From a bacterium (GTDB taxonomy: Bacteria; Patescibacteriota; Patescibacteriia; UBA1558; GWA2-36-10), in contig JABIAL010000035.1 of NCBI GenBank assembly GCA_018653315.1, positions 1-50,510 of the forward strand: DNA of 50,510 bases, given 5' to 3'. Below, piece by piece: positions 28,616 through 38,542 of the stretch. Position 1 is the first letter of the stretch; each line of letters starts with the position of its first letter. A program made the position numbers and the translations under genes. The notes below the pieces were generated by a model. The model saw only the letters and a list, made by a program, of their open reading frames with translations, made no database searches and was not told where the DNA came from.

Positions 28616-29668
28616 TTAAAATAATTTGCTATCTTCTGGAATTTCTAAACCTAAATACTGATAAGCCTTATCGGTTACCACTCGCCCTTTCGATGTTCTA
28701 GCTAATAATCCCAACTGCATTAAATATGGCTCAACTATTTCCTCAATAGTGCCAACCTCTTCTTGTAAAGCAGCTGCAATTGTATTAGCTCCCACTGGAC
28801 CACCTTTATAATGCTCGATAATTACTTTTAATAATTTTCTATCCAGGTCATCAAGTCCGTGCTTGTCTATCGACATTAAATCCAAAGCATCATGAGCAGT
28901 CGAAATAGAAACATCTCCGTCTGCTTTTACTTGAGCATAGTCACGCACTCGTTTCAAAATACGATTAGCAATACGCGGCGTGCCTCGACTACGACCAGCT
29001 ACTTCAGTCACAGCATCTTCAGCGATATTAGTGGTCAAAATATCTGCTGATCGTTTTACAATTGTATTTAATTCATTTTGATTATAAAAATCTAAACGGA
29101 AAGTAACCCCAAAACGATCTCGCAAAGGCGAAGAAATAAGATTATATCTAGTGGTAGCGCCAATGATAGTAAACTTTGGTAAATCTAAACGTAAAATTTG
29201 AGCTGATGGACCTTTTCCTAAAATAATATCCAAAGCAAAGTCTTCCATAGCTGGATATAGTATTTCTTCTATTATTTTTGGTAGACGATGAATCTCATCA
29301 ATAAACAAAATATCACCTTCTTGAAGGTTTGTAATTAAAGCTGCTAAGTCTCCAGCTTTTGAAATAGCTGGACCAGCTGTAATTTTGATCCCCACTCCCA
29401 TTTCTTTGGCGATAATATGAGCCAAAGTTGTTTTACCTAATCCTGGAGGACCAAATAATAAAACATGGTCCATGGGTTCACCACGACCTTTGGCTGCTTG
29501 TAAAACAATATCTAGATTAGCTTTTACTTGCTCCTGTCCAATATAATCAGCTAAAGCTTGGGGACGCAAAGTCAGGTCCCAAGTTTTATCTTGTTTTTGT
29601 TCGCTGGCAGAGATCACCCTGTCTTCTTTAGATGGTGATTGTGAATTTTCTAGTGGTTTTTCTGACAT
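28616..29668 (-). CDS. ruvB: Holliday junction branch migration helicase RuvB
   Basis: [51 protein letters not shown]. Confidence 0.98.
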   Translation of the reverse strand: MSEKPLENSQSPSKEDRVISASEQKQDKTWDLTLRPQALADYIGQEQVKANLDIVLQAAKGRGEPMDHVLLFGPPGLGKTTLAHIIAKEMGVGIKITAGPAISKAGDLAALITNLQEGDILFIDEIHRLPKIIEEILYPAMEDFALDIILGKGPSAQILRLDLPKFTIIGATTRYNLISSPLRDRFGVTFRLDFYNQNELNTIVKRSADILTTNIAEDAVTEVAGRSRGTPRIANRILKRVRDYAQVKADGDVSISTAHDALDLMSIDKHGLDDLDRKLLKVIIEHYKGGPVGANTIAAALQEEVGTIEEIVEPYLMQLGLLARTSKGRVVTDKAYQYLGLEIPEDSKLF

Positions 29669-29757
29669 AAAATTATAAGTATCTGTAAGAAAAGATTATC
29701 ATGAGCGAGGGCTTTTTACAAGTTTGAACTAATTCACTTGCAATACTATTTTTTAAT

Positions 29758-29795
29758 TAAAAAACCGCCAGAGGTCCGAAGACATGGCGGTTAAA
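29758..29795 (-). terminator. Terminator of orphan gene
   Basis: aaccgcca/tggcggtt inverted repeat with U tract on the minus strand. Confidence 0.75.
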
Positions 29796-29798
29796 CTT

Positions 29799-30158
29799 TT
29801 ACTCTAAAGCCCGGTCAATAGTAGACCTAAAGGCATCAAGGTACTCCTTGAGAGTAGCTGCCTCCCGATCCTTGCCAGGATGACGGAAGGGGGGATCCTT
29901 ATCCACACAATGAATATCGAATCCATAAGGGTCAATCCCAGCAAAGGGACTGACTAACACTGCATTTGGCACCCGAAGAGATGCGTTATCGCAACAGCAC
30001 GGGCAGAGCAGAACTACAACCAAGGTGCGGTTATCGTTCTTCATCTTCTCCTCGTACTCTCTTGCGATCTCTCTGACTCCGGGAAGAGCTCCAAGAAGGG
30101 CTCTACCAAGCTCCTCACAAGCATAGCGCACGCTTATTAGCGTAAATTGAACTTTCAT
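29799..30158 (-). CDS. Orphan GC-rich hypothetical protein with CPCCC motif (start revised to MKVQF)
   Basis: GGAGG SD 5 nt before ATG at 30158; line 29821-29880 counted at 32/60 GC against 18/60 in a ruvB line. Confidence 0.65.
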   Translation of the reverse strand: MKVQFTLISVRYACEELGRALLGALPGVREIAREYEEKMKNDNRTLVVVLLCPCCCDNASLRVPNAVLVSPFAGIDPYGFDIHCVDKDPPFRHPGKDREAATLKEYLDAFRSTIDRALE

Positions 30159-30202
30159 TTTTTCCTCCTGCTGTTTTAATGTTCTGAGATTGTCCCAAAA
30201 CA

Positions 30203-30258
30203 TGTTAAATGAACCTTCTTAATATATATAGTATAACATATAATAGCCGTTCTGTCAA
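30203..30258 (-). promoter_or_regulatory. Promoter plus boxA-like motif
   Basis: TTGACA-17-TATACT with TGn; GGTTCATTTAACA at 30215-30203 followed by hairpin atgttttggga/tctcagaacat. Confidence 0.75.
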
Positions 30259-30306
30259 GTATTTAACCTGAGAAACACTCTATTTTGGCTAGTATTAGAT
30301 AAAATA

Positions 30307-30340
30307 AAAAATCGTAGATTAATTTAACCTACGACTTTTT
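30307..30340 (-). terminator. Terminator after gyrA
   Basis: tcgtag/ctacga stem flanked by A and T runs. Confidence 0.65.
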
Positions 30341-30363
30341 TGAGACTTAATATAGAAAATCTA

Positions 30364-32868
30364 TTATATAAATGTTACTGAAGAAACATGGTCCTCTGGA
30401 TCTTTAAAGCGCATTAAGCGCACACCTTGAGTAGCTCGGCCCAAAATATTTACAGATTTAATAGGTAAACGAATTACCTGACCTTGTTTAGAGATGATGA
30501 TAAGATCTTCATCTTCAATTCTACTACTTACTATACGAGCCGAAGAAATACTTCCAGTTTTAGCGGTAACCTGCGCTGTCTTAATGCCTGAGCCACCACG
30601 ACCTTGTACTTTATATTCCTTTAGACTTGTCCTCTTGCCATAACCATTAGCCATTACTACTAAAAGTTGTTCTTCTTTTCCAATTTTACCATCCGGAATC
30701 AAATCCATGCCAATAATCTCATCGTCAGTCTTCAAACGAATGCCATGAACACCAGAAGCTGAACGACCCATCGCTCTTACTTTTGATTCTTTGAAACGAA
30801 TGGACTGTCCGCGTAAGGTTATTAAAACAATATCATCTTTTCCGCTAGACGGTCGGACCCATTGTAAGGCATAGTCATCTTTTAATTTTATAGCTAATAA
30901 TCCAGAACGACGGACATTGCTAAATTGTGACATTTCCACTCGTTTGATAATACCTCGTTTAGTAATCATCACAAAATATTTAAAGACATTGAAATCTTGA
31001 CTCTGTAAAATAGAAGATATCTTTTCTTCTGGAGCAAGTTGTAAAAAGTTTACAATATTCTGTCCTTTTGAAGTACGGCTTTGTGAAGGCACCTCATAAG
31101 CCTTAAGCTGGAAAACACGACCACGAGTAGTAAAGAACATTAAGTCTGCATGAGTATTAGTTGCAAAGAAAAACTTTACTTCGTCTTGTTCTTTGGTAGT
31201 CAGACCCATAACGCCCTTACCACCCCTTCCTTGAGTTTTAAAAGTTTCTGGATCTACACGCTTAATATAACCATCATGCGTCATAGTGATAATGGCTGAC
31301 TCATTTGGAATCAAATCTTCAGTAGTCATCTTGTCAATTGCAGATTTGACTACTTTAGTACGACGATTATCAGCAAATTTATCACGTAAAGCTGCCAACT
31401 CATCTTTTATTATCTTCAAAATCTTAGTTTTACTCTTTAAAATGGCTTCTAATTCTTTGATTAACTTTAATTTTTCTTTTAATTCATCTTCAATCTTCAT
31501 TCGCTCTAAGTTGGCTAGACTTTGCAATCGCATTTCTAAAATAGCCACTGCTTGACGCTCGGACAATTTAAACTTCTTTATCAAATTAGCCTTGGCTACC
31601 TCTTTATCTTTAGAAGCTCTAATAGTTTTAATGACTGCATCAATCTTATCCAAAGCCTTCTTCAGTCCCTCTAAAATATGAGCTCGTTCTTTTGCTTTAT
31701 CTAATTCAAATTTTGTTCGTCTAGCAACTACTTCCTGTCGATGCTTAATATACTCTTCTAAAATATCTTTCAAAGTCAAAACTCTTGGCTGTAATCCGTC
31801 GATCAAGGCCAACATATTAACATGAAATTTTTCTTGCAATTGAGTATGCTTGTAAAGATTATTCAAAATCTTTTTTGGATAAGCATCTTTCTTAAGATCT
31901 ACTACAATACGCACGCCATCCTTATCTGACTCATCACGTAAATCTTTAATGCCGTCAATCTTTTTTTCTTTAACTAAATAGGCAATTTTTTCTATCAGAT
32001 TAGACTTATTCACCTGATAAGGAATAGAGCTAACAATGATCTGAAATTGACCAACTTTATTTTCTGTAATTTCAGCCTCACCACGCATCACAATACCGCC
32101 ACGCCCAGTAGCGTAAGCTGTCTTAATAGCCTCTTGATCATAAATCACTCCGCCAGTAGGAAAGTCTGGTCCTGTCACGTGTTTTAATAAATCATCAATG
32201 GTTGAGTTTGGCTGATCAATTAATAAATTAACAGCATCGATTAATTCACCCAAATTATGTGGCGGAATATTAGTAGCCATACCAACTGCAATGCCAGTAG
32301 TGCCATTTAATAAAAGATTTGGTAATTTAGCTGGTAATACCTTTGGCTCTTTATGTGAACCATCATAGTTTGGTATAAAATCAACGGTATTTTTATCAAT
32401 ATCAAACATCATCTCTTCAGCCATGGCTTGTAACTTGGCTTCTGTATAACGCATGGCAGCAGCAGAGTCACCGTCCATAGAGCCAAAGTTACCCTGTCCA
32501 TTAACTAATGGATAACGCATGGCAAAATCTTGAGCCATACGAACCATAGACTCATAAACAGCTGCATCACCATGAGGATGATACTTACCTAAAACCTCAC
32601 CAACTACGGTAGCTGATTTTCTAAATTTAGCACTGTGTTTTAAACCAATGTTCCACATAGCGTATAAAATACGACGATGAACTGGCTTAAAACCATCTCT
32701 AACATCAGGTAGAGCACGGGCCACAATAACACTCATGGCATAATCCAAATAAGACGTCTCCATTTCAGTAACAATGGACAGATCGTCAACTTTACCTCGG
32801 TTTAAATTTTGATCTTCTGTGGTTTTGTTAGACTTTGGTGATTTCTTACTAGTAGTTTTCTTTGGCAT
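30364..32868 (-). CDS. gyrA: DNA gyrase subunit A
   Basis: [33 protein letters not shown] catalytic Tyr, QGRGGKG GyrA box. Confidence 0.98.
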   Translation of the reverse strand: MPKKTTSKKSPKSNKTTEDQNLNRGKVDDLSIVTEMETSYLDYAMSVIVARALPDVRDGFKPVHRRILYAMWNIGLKHSAKFRKSATVVGEVLGKYHPHGDAAVYESMVRMAQDFAMRYPLVNGQGNFGSMDGDSAAAMRYTEAKLQAMAEEMMFDIDKNTVDFIPNYDGSHKEPKVLPAKLPNLLLNGTTGIAVGMATNIPPHNLGELIDAVNLLIDQPNSTIDDLLKHVTGPDFPTGGVIYDQEAIKTAYATGRGGIVMRGEAEITENKVGQFQIIVSSIPYQVNKSNLIEKIAYLVKEKKIDGIKDLRDESDKDGVRIVVDLKKDAYPKKILNNLYKHTQLQEKFHVNMLALIDGLQPRVLTLKDILEEYIKHRQEVVARRTKFELDKAKERAHILEGLKKALDKIDAVIKTIRASKDKEVAKANLIKKFKLSERQAVAILEMRLQSLANLERMKIEDELKEKLKLIKELEAILKSKTKILKIIKDELAALRDKFADNRRTKVVKSAIDKMTTEDLIPNESAIITMTHDGYIKRVDPETFKTQGRGGKGVMGLTTKEQDEVKFFFATNTHADLMFFTTRGRVFQLKAYEVPSQSRTSKGQNIVNFLQLAPEEKISSILQSQDFNVFKYFVMITKRGIIKRVEMSQFSNVRRSGLLAIKLKDDYALQWVRPSSGKDDIVLITLRGQSIRFKESKVRAMGRSASGVHGIRLKTDDEIIGMDLIPDGKIGKEEQLLVVMANGYGKRTSLKEYKVQGRGGSGIKTAQVTAKTGSISSARIVSSRIEDEDLIIISKQGQVIRLPIKSVNILGRATQGVRLMRFKDPEDHVSSVTFI

Positions 32869-32879
32869 AATCTATATCT

Positions 32880-33194
32880 TTATTCTTCAATAGTCTTATT
32901 ATCGGAAACGTATTTTTTAGTTGCTTCCAAAAGCTGTGTTCGTTTTTGATCTTTGTCCATTTCAATTTGTAAATTATCTAAATGATACCTGGCCAAACCA
33001 AAAGAGTTTCTTATTTCTTGAAAAGCATCTTCGGTATTTTCTACTGTCTGATCCCAAGCTTCATTCTTAACCAAGGGCTCTATTTTTTGCCAAGTAGAAA
33101 AATTTGTCCATTGCCATAATATTAACCCCGTCGTGATAGTGACTAAAACGATTAGGCTAATAAATTTTGACTTGTCTTCTGAATGTAAAATCAT
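32880..33194 (-). CDS. Hypothetical single-TM protein
   Basis: N-terminal TM; ATGA overlap with the upstream gene. Confidence 0.6.
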   Translation of the reverse strand: MILHSEDKSKFISLIVLVTITTGLILWQWTNFSTWQKIEPLVKNEAWDQTVENTEDAFQEIRNSFGLARYHLDNLQIEMDKDQKRTQLLEATKKYVSDNKTIEE

Positions 33195-33796
33195 TTTTGT
33201 GGTTTTAAAATAACTAATTGTACATCTTCTTGTGGTAAATCTCTTTTACTAATTTTTAATTTATCTAACTCCTCTGCTTTAACGCCAAATTCTTTGACGA
33301 ACATCTGTACATCATCAGCTTTTATTTTCCCCATACCAACTTTATGACAACTAGGAATAACTATTCGCGGCTCTACCTGTCCAATAATTTTAACAGCTTC
33401 TTTAGCGGTACTTAGATCTCCTCCACCAACTGGTAAAATTAAAATATCCGCTCCTTCGATCAGTTCCAAATCTTTATCGGTCAAAGTCTGATGACCATAC
33501 TCGCCTAAAAAAGCCAGTTTCATATCATCAAAAGTGACCAAATAAATATTAGTGCCATTAATTTGTCGACCATAAATAAACACATCACTAACTTCATATT
33601 CACCGGGACTATCAATCACAAAAGTTTGCTCATTAATTTTATTGGCAACGTATTTTTTAGGATCAGTAAATAATGCTATATCTGCTTTGACCTTGCTAAA
33701 TTTAATATTTTTATCCAAGCTATAAGGATTTAGTAAAAGTGTTTGTTGGCTATTTATCAGTTTAAAATAATTGAAGCCCTGCCATAAAATCTGCAT
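33191..33796 (-). CDS. MBL-fold protein (Lactamase_B_3-like), apparently lacking metal ligands
   Basis: I.W.G...F, PGEYEV, DILILPVGG, QVEPRIVIP; HxHxDH motif absent. Confidence 0.75.
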   Translation of the reverse strand: MQILWQGFNYFKLINSQQTLLLNPYSLDKNIKFSKVKADIALFTDPKKYVANKINEQTFVIDSPGEYEVSDVFIYGRQINGTNIYLVTFDDMKLAFLGEYGHQTLTDKDLELIEGADILILPVGGGDLSTAKEAVKIIGQVEPRIVIPSCHKVGMGKIKADDVQMFVKEFGVKAEELDKLKISKRDLPQEDVQLVILKPQK

Positions 33797-34073
33797 AAAA
33801 TAAAGAAATTATTATTGATTAATTTGACTTAATTTTAGCATAAAAAAGCCTTGTCGTAAAGATAAAAAAACACTAAAAATGACCATATTCTAAGCCTAAA
33901 ATAGCCCCTTTACTCACTAGGTCAAGGCTATTGATTTATTTTCTTATTTATGGTAATGTAAGGCAGCTAAATAATATTTAATTCAACCTCAAAGGCAATA
34001 AAAATACTCGCTGTCTGAGGACTCATCCACATGTTTAGCATATAAATAGGGTGGGTTAAAATTTAACAATTAA

Positions 34074-35462
34074 ATGAGTGATGAAAAAAACGTACAGACA
34101 ACCACTGTTTCTACAATGGAAGAGCTGTTAAAAGACAAAAACGCCGTTACAATGCCAAAAGTCGGCGACTTAACCGAAGGAAAGGTTATTAGTCTTTCCA
34201 AAAATGAAGTCTACTTAGACTTAGATGGCTTAACCACTGGTATTATCCGTGGTCGTGAAATTTATGATGAATCAGAAGATTCTTCTAGCTTAAAAATTGG
34301 TGATACTACTTCAGCCACTGTTATTGATCTAGAAAATGAAAATGGTTACATGGAGTTATCTTTCCGTGAAGCTGGCCATAAAAAAGCCTGGACTCGTTTG
34401 GAAAATTTACATAAAGAAGGCACAATAGTACCTAGTAAAGTTATTGACGCCAATAAAGGTGGTTTAATGATTAAGCTAGGCAATGTTATTGGCTTCTTAC
34501 CAGTATCACAATTAACTACTGAACATTATCCTCGTATTGAAGGTGGTGATAAATCTAAAATTTTAGTTCACCTAAAATCTTTCATTGGTCAAGATCTACG
34601 TACCAAGATTATTGATGTACTTGAAAAAGATGAAAAATTAATTGTCTCTGAAAAAGCTGCTTGGAATGAAAAACAAAAAGTAGCCGTTTCTAAATTTAAA
34701 GTTGGTGATAAAGTAACTGGTAAAATTACCGGTGTAGTAGACTTTGGTGCTTTCGTTGAATTTGATGATAATTTAGAAGGCTTAGTTCATATTTCTGAGT
34801 TGGCTTGGCAGAGAATCGATAACCCACGCAATATCGTTAAAGTAGGCGATGAAGTAACTGCTCAAATTATTGAAATTGATAATACAAAAATTTCTTTATC
34901 TATTAAAAAATTACAAACTGACCCTTGGGCCGACGTTAGTAAAAAATATAAAATCGGCCAGAAAATTAAAGCCAAAGTATTAAAAATAAATCCTTTTGGT
35001 GTTTTTGTAGAATTGGATAGAGATATCCATGGTTTAGTTCATATTTCTGAATTAAGTGACAAAAAAGTACGTAATCCAGAAGACTTAGTTACTATTGGTG
35101 AAGAATACAAATTTACTATTTTGACTATTGAACCAAAAGAACATCGTCTCGGCTTATCTTTAAAAGCATCCAATGCTCCTTCAGCTAACGCTTCCTCTTC
35201 CGCTGAAGCTCCAAAAGACAAGCAGGATGATAAAAAAACCAGCAAAAAAGAAGTTAAAAAATCTAAAGATGCTCAGGAAGAAAAAGACGAAAAAAAACTA
35301 ATTAAAAAGGATTCTACTGCTAAAGCTTCAAAGAACAAAAAAGACGAAAAGACTGATGAAAAAGAAGACAAGAAAACCAAAGCTTCAGCTAAAAAAGAAG
35401 TTAAAAAAACTTCAGAAGACAAAGAAATAAAAGGTGAAGATAAAAAGGGAGACAAGAAATAA
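34074..35462 (+). CDS. rpsA: 30S ribosomal protein S1 (4 S1 domains) with Lys/Glu-rich tail
   Basis: NKGGL, GFLPVSQL, DFGAFVE, EGLVHISEL repeats. Confidence 0.93.
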   Translation: MSDEKNVQTTTVSTMEELLKDKNAVTMPKVGDLTEGKVISLSKNEVYLDLDGLTTGIIRGREIYDESEDSSSLKIGDTTSATVIDLENENGYMELSFREAGHKKAWTRLENLHKEGTIVPSKVIDANKGGLMIKLGNVIGFLPVSQLTTEHYPRIEGGDKSKILVHLKSFIGQDLRTKIIDVLEKDEKLIVSEKAAWNEKQKVAVSKFKVGDKVTGKITGVVDFGAFVEFDDNLEGLVHISELAWQRIDNPRNIVKVGDEVTAQIIEIDNTKISLSIKKLQTDPWADVSKKYKIGQKIKAKVLKINPFGVFVELDRDIHGLVHISELSDKKVRNPEDLVTIGEEYKFTILTIEPKEHRLGLSLKASNAPSANASSSAEAPKDKQDDKKTSKKEVKKSKDAQEEKDEKKLIKKDSTAKASKNKKDEKTDEKEDKKTKASAKKEVKKTSEDKEIKGEDKKGDKK

Positions 35463-35499
35463 ATTTTCTTAACTATCTTATCATCAATATATAATTTTT

Positions 35500-37308
35500 A
35501 TGAAAAATATATTTAAAAACTTCGCTGTCTTCTTCTTGGTGTTTATCATCATTGCTGGTATTTTTAGTTTATACAACAATAAACTTAATCAAGTTGAAGA
35601 AATAAGTCTTGGTCAATTAGTAAATGAAATTAATAATGACCAGATAACTAAAATCAAAGTAGCTGGTGACGAATTAGAAATAACCTTCCAAGATCAAACT
35701 ACAAAAGCTAGCCAAAAAGAATCCAGCGAATCAATTGTCACTCTATTAAATAATTATGGCGTCACTACTGAAAAATTAGCTGCCTTAGACATTGAAGTAG
35801 GCGATGATCCTGGAAAAGGCATTATGATGTCCACCATTCTACCATTTATTATCCCTGTTTTATTTATTCTGGGTATTATTTGGTTTATGATGCGTCAAGT
35901 CAGTGGCGTGAATAATCGTGCTATGACTTTTGGACAATCTGGCGCAAAACTTGCTGACGAACAAAAAATAAAAACTACCTTCAAAAATGTTGCTGGCGCT
36001 ACTGAAGCTAAAGAAGGATTAAAAGAAATTGTAGATTTTCTAAAAAATCCTCAAAAATTTATTAGCTTAGGTGCAAAAATACCAAAAGGCGTACTATTAT
36101 TAGGTAGCCCGGGAACTGGCAAAACCTTACTGTCTCGTGCTGTAGCCGGTGAAGCAAGTGTCCCCTTCTTCCATATTTCTGGTTCTGAATTTGTAGAAAT
36201 GTTTGTTGGTGTTGGTGCTTCTCGAGTTAGAGATTTATTTAAAAAAGCTAAAAAAGCGGCACCTTGTATTATTTTTATTGATGAAATTGATGCAGTTGGT
36301 CGCCAACGTGGATCTGGCTTAGGAGGCTCTCATGATGAACGTGAACAAACACTAAACCAAATACTAACCGAAATGGATGGTTTTGATAACCAAACTAATG
36401 TTATTGTACTAGCCGCTACTAATCGTCCAGACGTTTTAGACCCAGCTTTATTACGACCAGGTCGTTTTGATAGACAGGTAGTAATCGACTTACCTGACAT
36501 CAAAGATAGAGAGGCTATTTTAAATATCCACGCCAAAGGAAAACCCTTAGCCGAAGATGCTAATCTAAAAAAAGTAGCTCAACGTACTCCTGGATTTTCT
36601 GGAGCAGATTTGGCTAACGTTTTGAATGAAGCAGCAATTACGACTGCTCGTCAAAATAAAAAAATCATTGGTAATGACATTGTCTTAGATTCTATTGAAA
36701 AAGTCATGTTAGGACCAGAGAGAAAAAGTCACGTGCTTTCTGATAAAGAAAAAAAGGTCACTGCCTACCATGAAGCTGGTCATGCTATTGTTGCTAATTA
36801 TCTAAAACATGCTGACCCGGTCCATAAAATTTCTATTATCTCTCGTGGTCGTGCTGCTGGATATACAATCAACCTACCTATAGAAGATAAAAAAATGCAA
36901 AGTCAAGGTGACTTCATTGATGAGATGGCTGTCTTATTAGGTGGCCGAGTAGCTGAAAAAATCTTTTTTCAAGAAGTAACAACCGGAGCTAGCAATGACC
37001 TAGAAAGAGCGACTAAAATTGCTAAACGTTTAATCACTAGATTTGGCATGAACGAAAACCTTGGTCCTCGTACTCTTGGCAAACAAGAAGAGATGATTTT
37101 TTTAGGAAAAGATTTACATGAACAAAAAGATTATAGTGAAAAAACAGCTGAGCTAATAGATCAAGAAATAAATAAATACATAGCACAGGCTGTAACGACC
37201 GCTAAAAAAGTAATTACTGAACATAAAGAACAGGTAGAAAAAATTGTCGCTACTTTACTAGAAAAAGAAACTATCGAAAAAGAAGAATTTGAAAATTTAG
37301 TAAAATAA
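35500..37308 (+). CDS. ftsH: ATP-dependent zinc metalloprotease FtsH
   Basis: Two TMs, [32 protein letters not shown] zinc motif. Confidence 0.98.
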   Translation: MKNIFKNFAVFFLVFIIIAGIFSLYNNKLNQVEEISLGQLVNEINNDQITKIKVAGDELEITFQDQTTKASQKESSESIVTLLNNYGVTTEKLAALDIEVGDDPGKGIMMSTILPFIIPVLFILGIIWFMMRQVSGVNNRAMTFGQSGAKLADEQKIKTTFKNVAGATEAKEGLKEIVDFLKNPQKFISLGAKIPKGVLLLGSPGTGKTLLSRAVAGEASVPFFHISGSEFVEMFVGVGASRVRDLFKKAKKAAPCIIFIDEIDAVGRQRGSGLGGSHDEREQTLNQILTEMDGFDNQTNVIVLAATNRPDVLDPALLRPGRFDRQVVIDLPDIKDREAILNIHAKGKPLAEDANLKKVAQRTPGFSGADLANVLNEAAITTARQNKKIIGNDIVLDSIEKVMLGPERKSHVLSDKEKKVTAYHEAGHAIVANYLKHADPVHKISIISRGRAAGYTINLPIEDKKMQSQGDFIDEMAVLLGGRVAEKIFFQEVTTGASNDLERATKIAKRLITRFGMNENLGPRTLGKQEEMIFLGKDLHEQKDYSEKTAELIDQEINKYIAQAVTTAKKVITEHKEQVEKIVATLLEKETIEKEEFENLVK

Positions 37309-37316
37309 ACTCAAAT

Positions 37317-37342
37317 AAAACCCCTCACTTGTGAGGGGTTTT
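37317..37342 (+). terminator. Terminator after ftsH
   Basis: aaaacccctcac-tt-gtgaggggtttt. Confidence 0.85.
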
Positions 37343-37411
37343 ATAAATCATGAAAATGTTGTATAATATAAATGAATTAAAAGAAAAATAAAATAAATTT
37401 AAAATAAAAAT

Positions 37412-38389
37412 ATGGAATCATTTTATCGTAAAGTCTATTTGCGTTCTTGGCGAATAGTGAAAAACAATTGGTACTTATTATTCTTTGGTTTATTTGTATC
37501 TACCTTAGGGCTAACCGGAGATTTTAAAGCTCTCTCAAACTTAGAGGCCAATGATATAATTTCTACTACCCTGGTAGATTGGATTAATATCTTCCACACT
37601 TTTGCAGTTGCTGATATCACTTTGGATAAGTTACCTACCCTACTAATGCTAATAGGTACATTTTTATTCCTAGCAGTTATTCTAGTCATGGCAATCTCTT
37701 CGCAAGGTGCTATTATCCAAGCTACTGCTAATGACCATAAAAAAACTAACAAAAATACCCTTATTAATAATTTACAAACCGGTGTAGAAAATTTTTGGCC
37801 ATTATTTGGTATCAATATTTTAAATAAATTAATCAGCTTTGTCTTTGTAGTCGGCGCTATCATACCTATTATTTATTTATTGTCACTTAGCCAAAATGCC
37901 AGCTTCATGAACTTCTTAATGACGATTATCGTTTTCTTTGTGCTGGTCCCAATCGCTGTTATTATTTCTTTTGTTACTCGTTATGGTGCTTCATATATAA
38001 TAATAAAGAAACAAAGCTTAACCCAAGCATTCTTTAATGCTTGGAGATTATTTAGGGTAAATTGGATCATTAGTCTAGAAAATGCCTTAGCCTTATTAGC
38101 TTTAACCATACTATATGGCCTAATAATAATTAGCCTTCTAGCATTCGTGGTTACTCCATTCCTAATTTTGGGCTACCTTGTAGCGCAAATTAGCATCTTT
38201 GGTTTCTGGATATTAATCATTGCTGGTAGCTTAGCTGCTATTATATTATTCTTAACTGCTGTTTCTTTATTTGGCACTTACTATACTGTTGTTTGGACTG
38301 AATTATTTATCGAATTAACTAATCCTGGTAAAAATGCTAGCAAAGCTCATCGTTTTGCTAAAAAACATCTACCTCGTTTAGCAAAATAA
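37412..38389 (+). CDS. Multi-pass membrane protein
   Basis: Six or more hydrophobic helices; AWRLFRVNW-type motif. Confidence 0.7.
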   Translation: MESFYRKVYLRSWRIVKNNWYLLFFGLFVSTLGLTGDFKALSNLEANDIISTTLVDWINIFHTFAVADITLDKLPTLLMLIGTFLFLAVILVMAISSQGAIIQATANDHKKTNKNTLINNLQTGVENFWPLFGINILNKLISFVFVVGAIIPIIYLLSLSQNASFMNFLMTIIVFFVLVPIAVIISFVTRYGASYIIIKKQSLTQAFFNAWRLFRVNWIISLENALALLALTILYGLIIISLLAFVVTPFLILGYLVAQISIFGFWILIIAGSLAAIILFLTAVSLFGTYYTVVWTELFIELTNPGKNASKAHRFAKKHLPRLAK

Positions 38390-38421
38390 ACACTTTGCGT
38401 TACAAATAAAATAATATACTA

Positions 38422-38456
38422 CAAAAAGCAGGCATGAAAAATTGTCTGCTTTTTTA
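38422..38456 (+). terminator. Terminator
   Basis: aaaaagcaggca...tgtctgctttttt. Confidence 0.75.
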
Positions 38457-38491
38457 ATTGGTCTAATATACTACGATTACAAATCATCAGA

Positions 38492-38521
38492 TTGACTTTG
38501 CACTAAAACAAGGGGTATAAT
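38492..38521 (+). promoter_or_regulatory. Sigma70 promoter of pilB
   Basis: TTGACT-18-TATAAT. Confidence 0.6.
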
Positions 38522-38542
38522 ACTAATGTTAATCAAAAAAAT

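Noticed and set aside
30203-30215. Leader motif as an integron attC/attI core (it contains RYYYAAC)
   Set aside because: The sites lie upstream of ORFs, are dispersed rather than arrayed, lack paired attC arms, and no integrase is in the window.
33985-34060. Hairpins in the rpsA leader (cctca/tgagg, atccac/gtgggt)
   Set aside because: Plausible S1 autoregulatory leader, but the stems are too short to support without comparative data.
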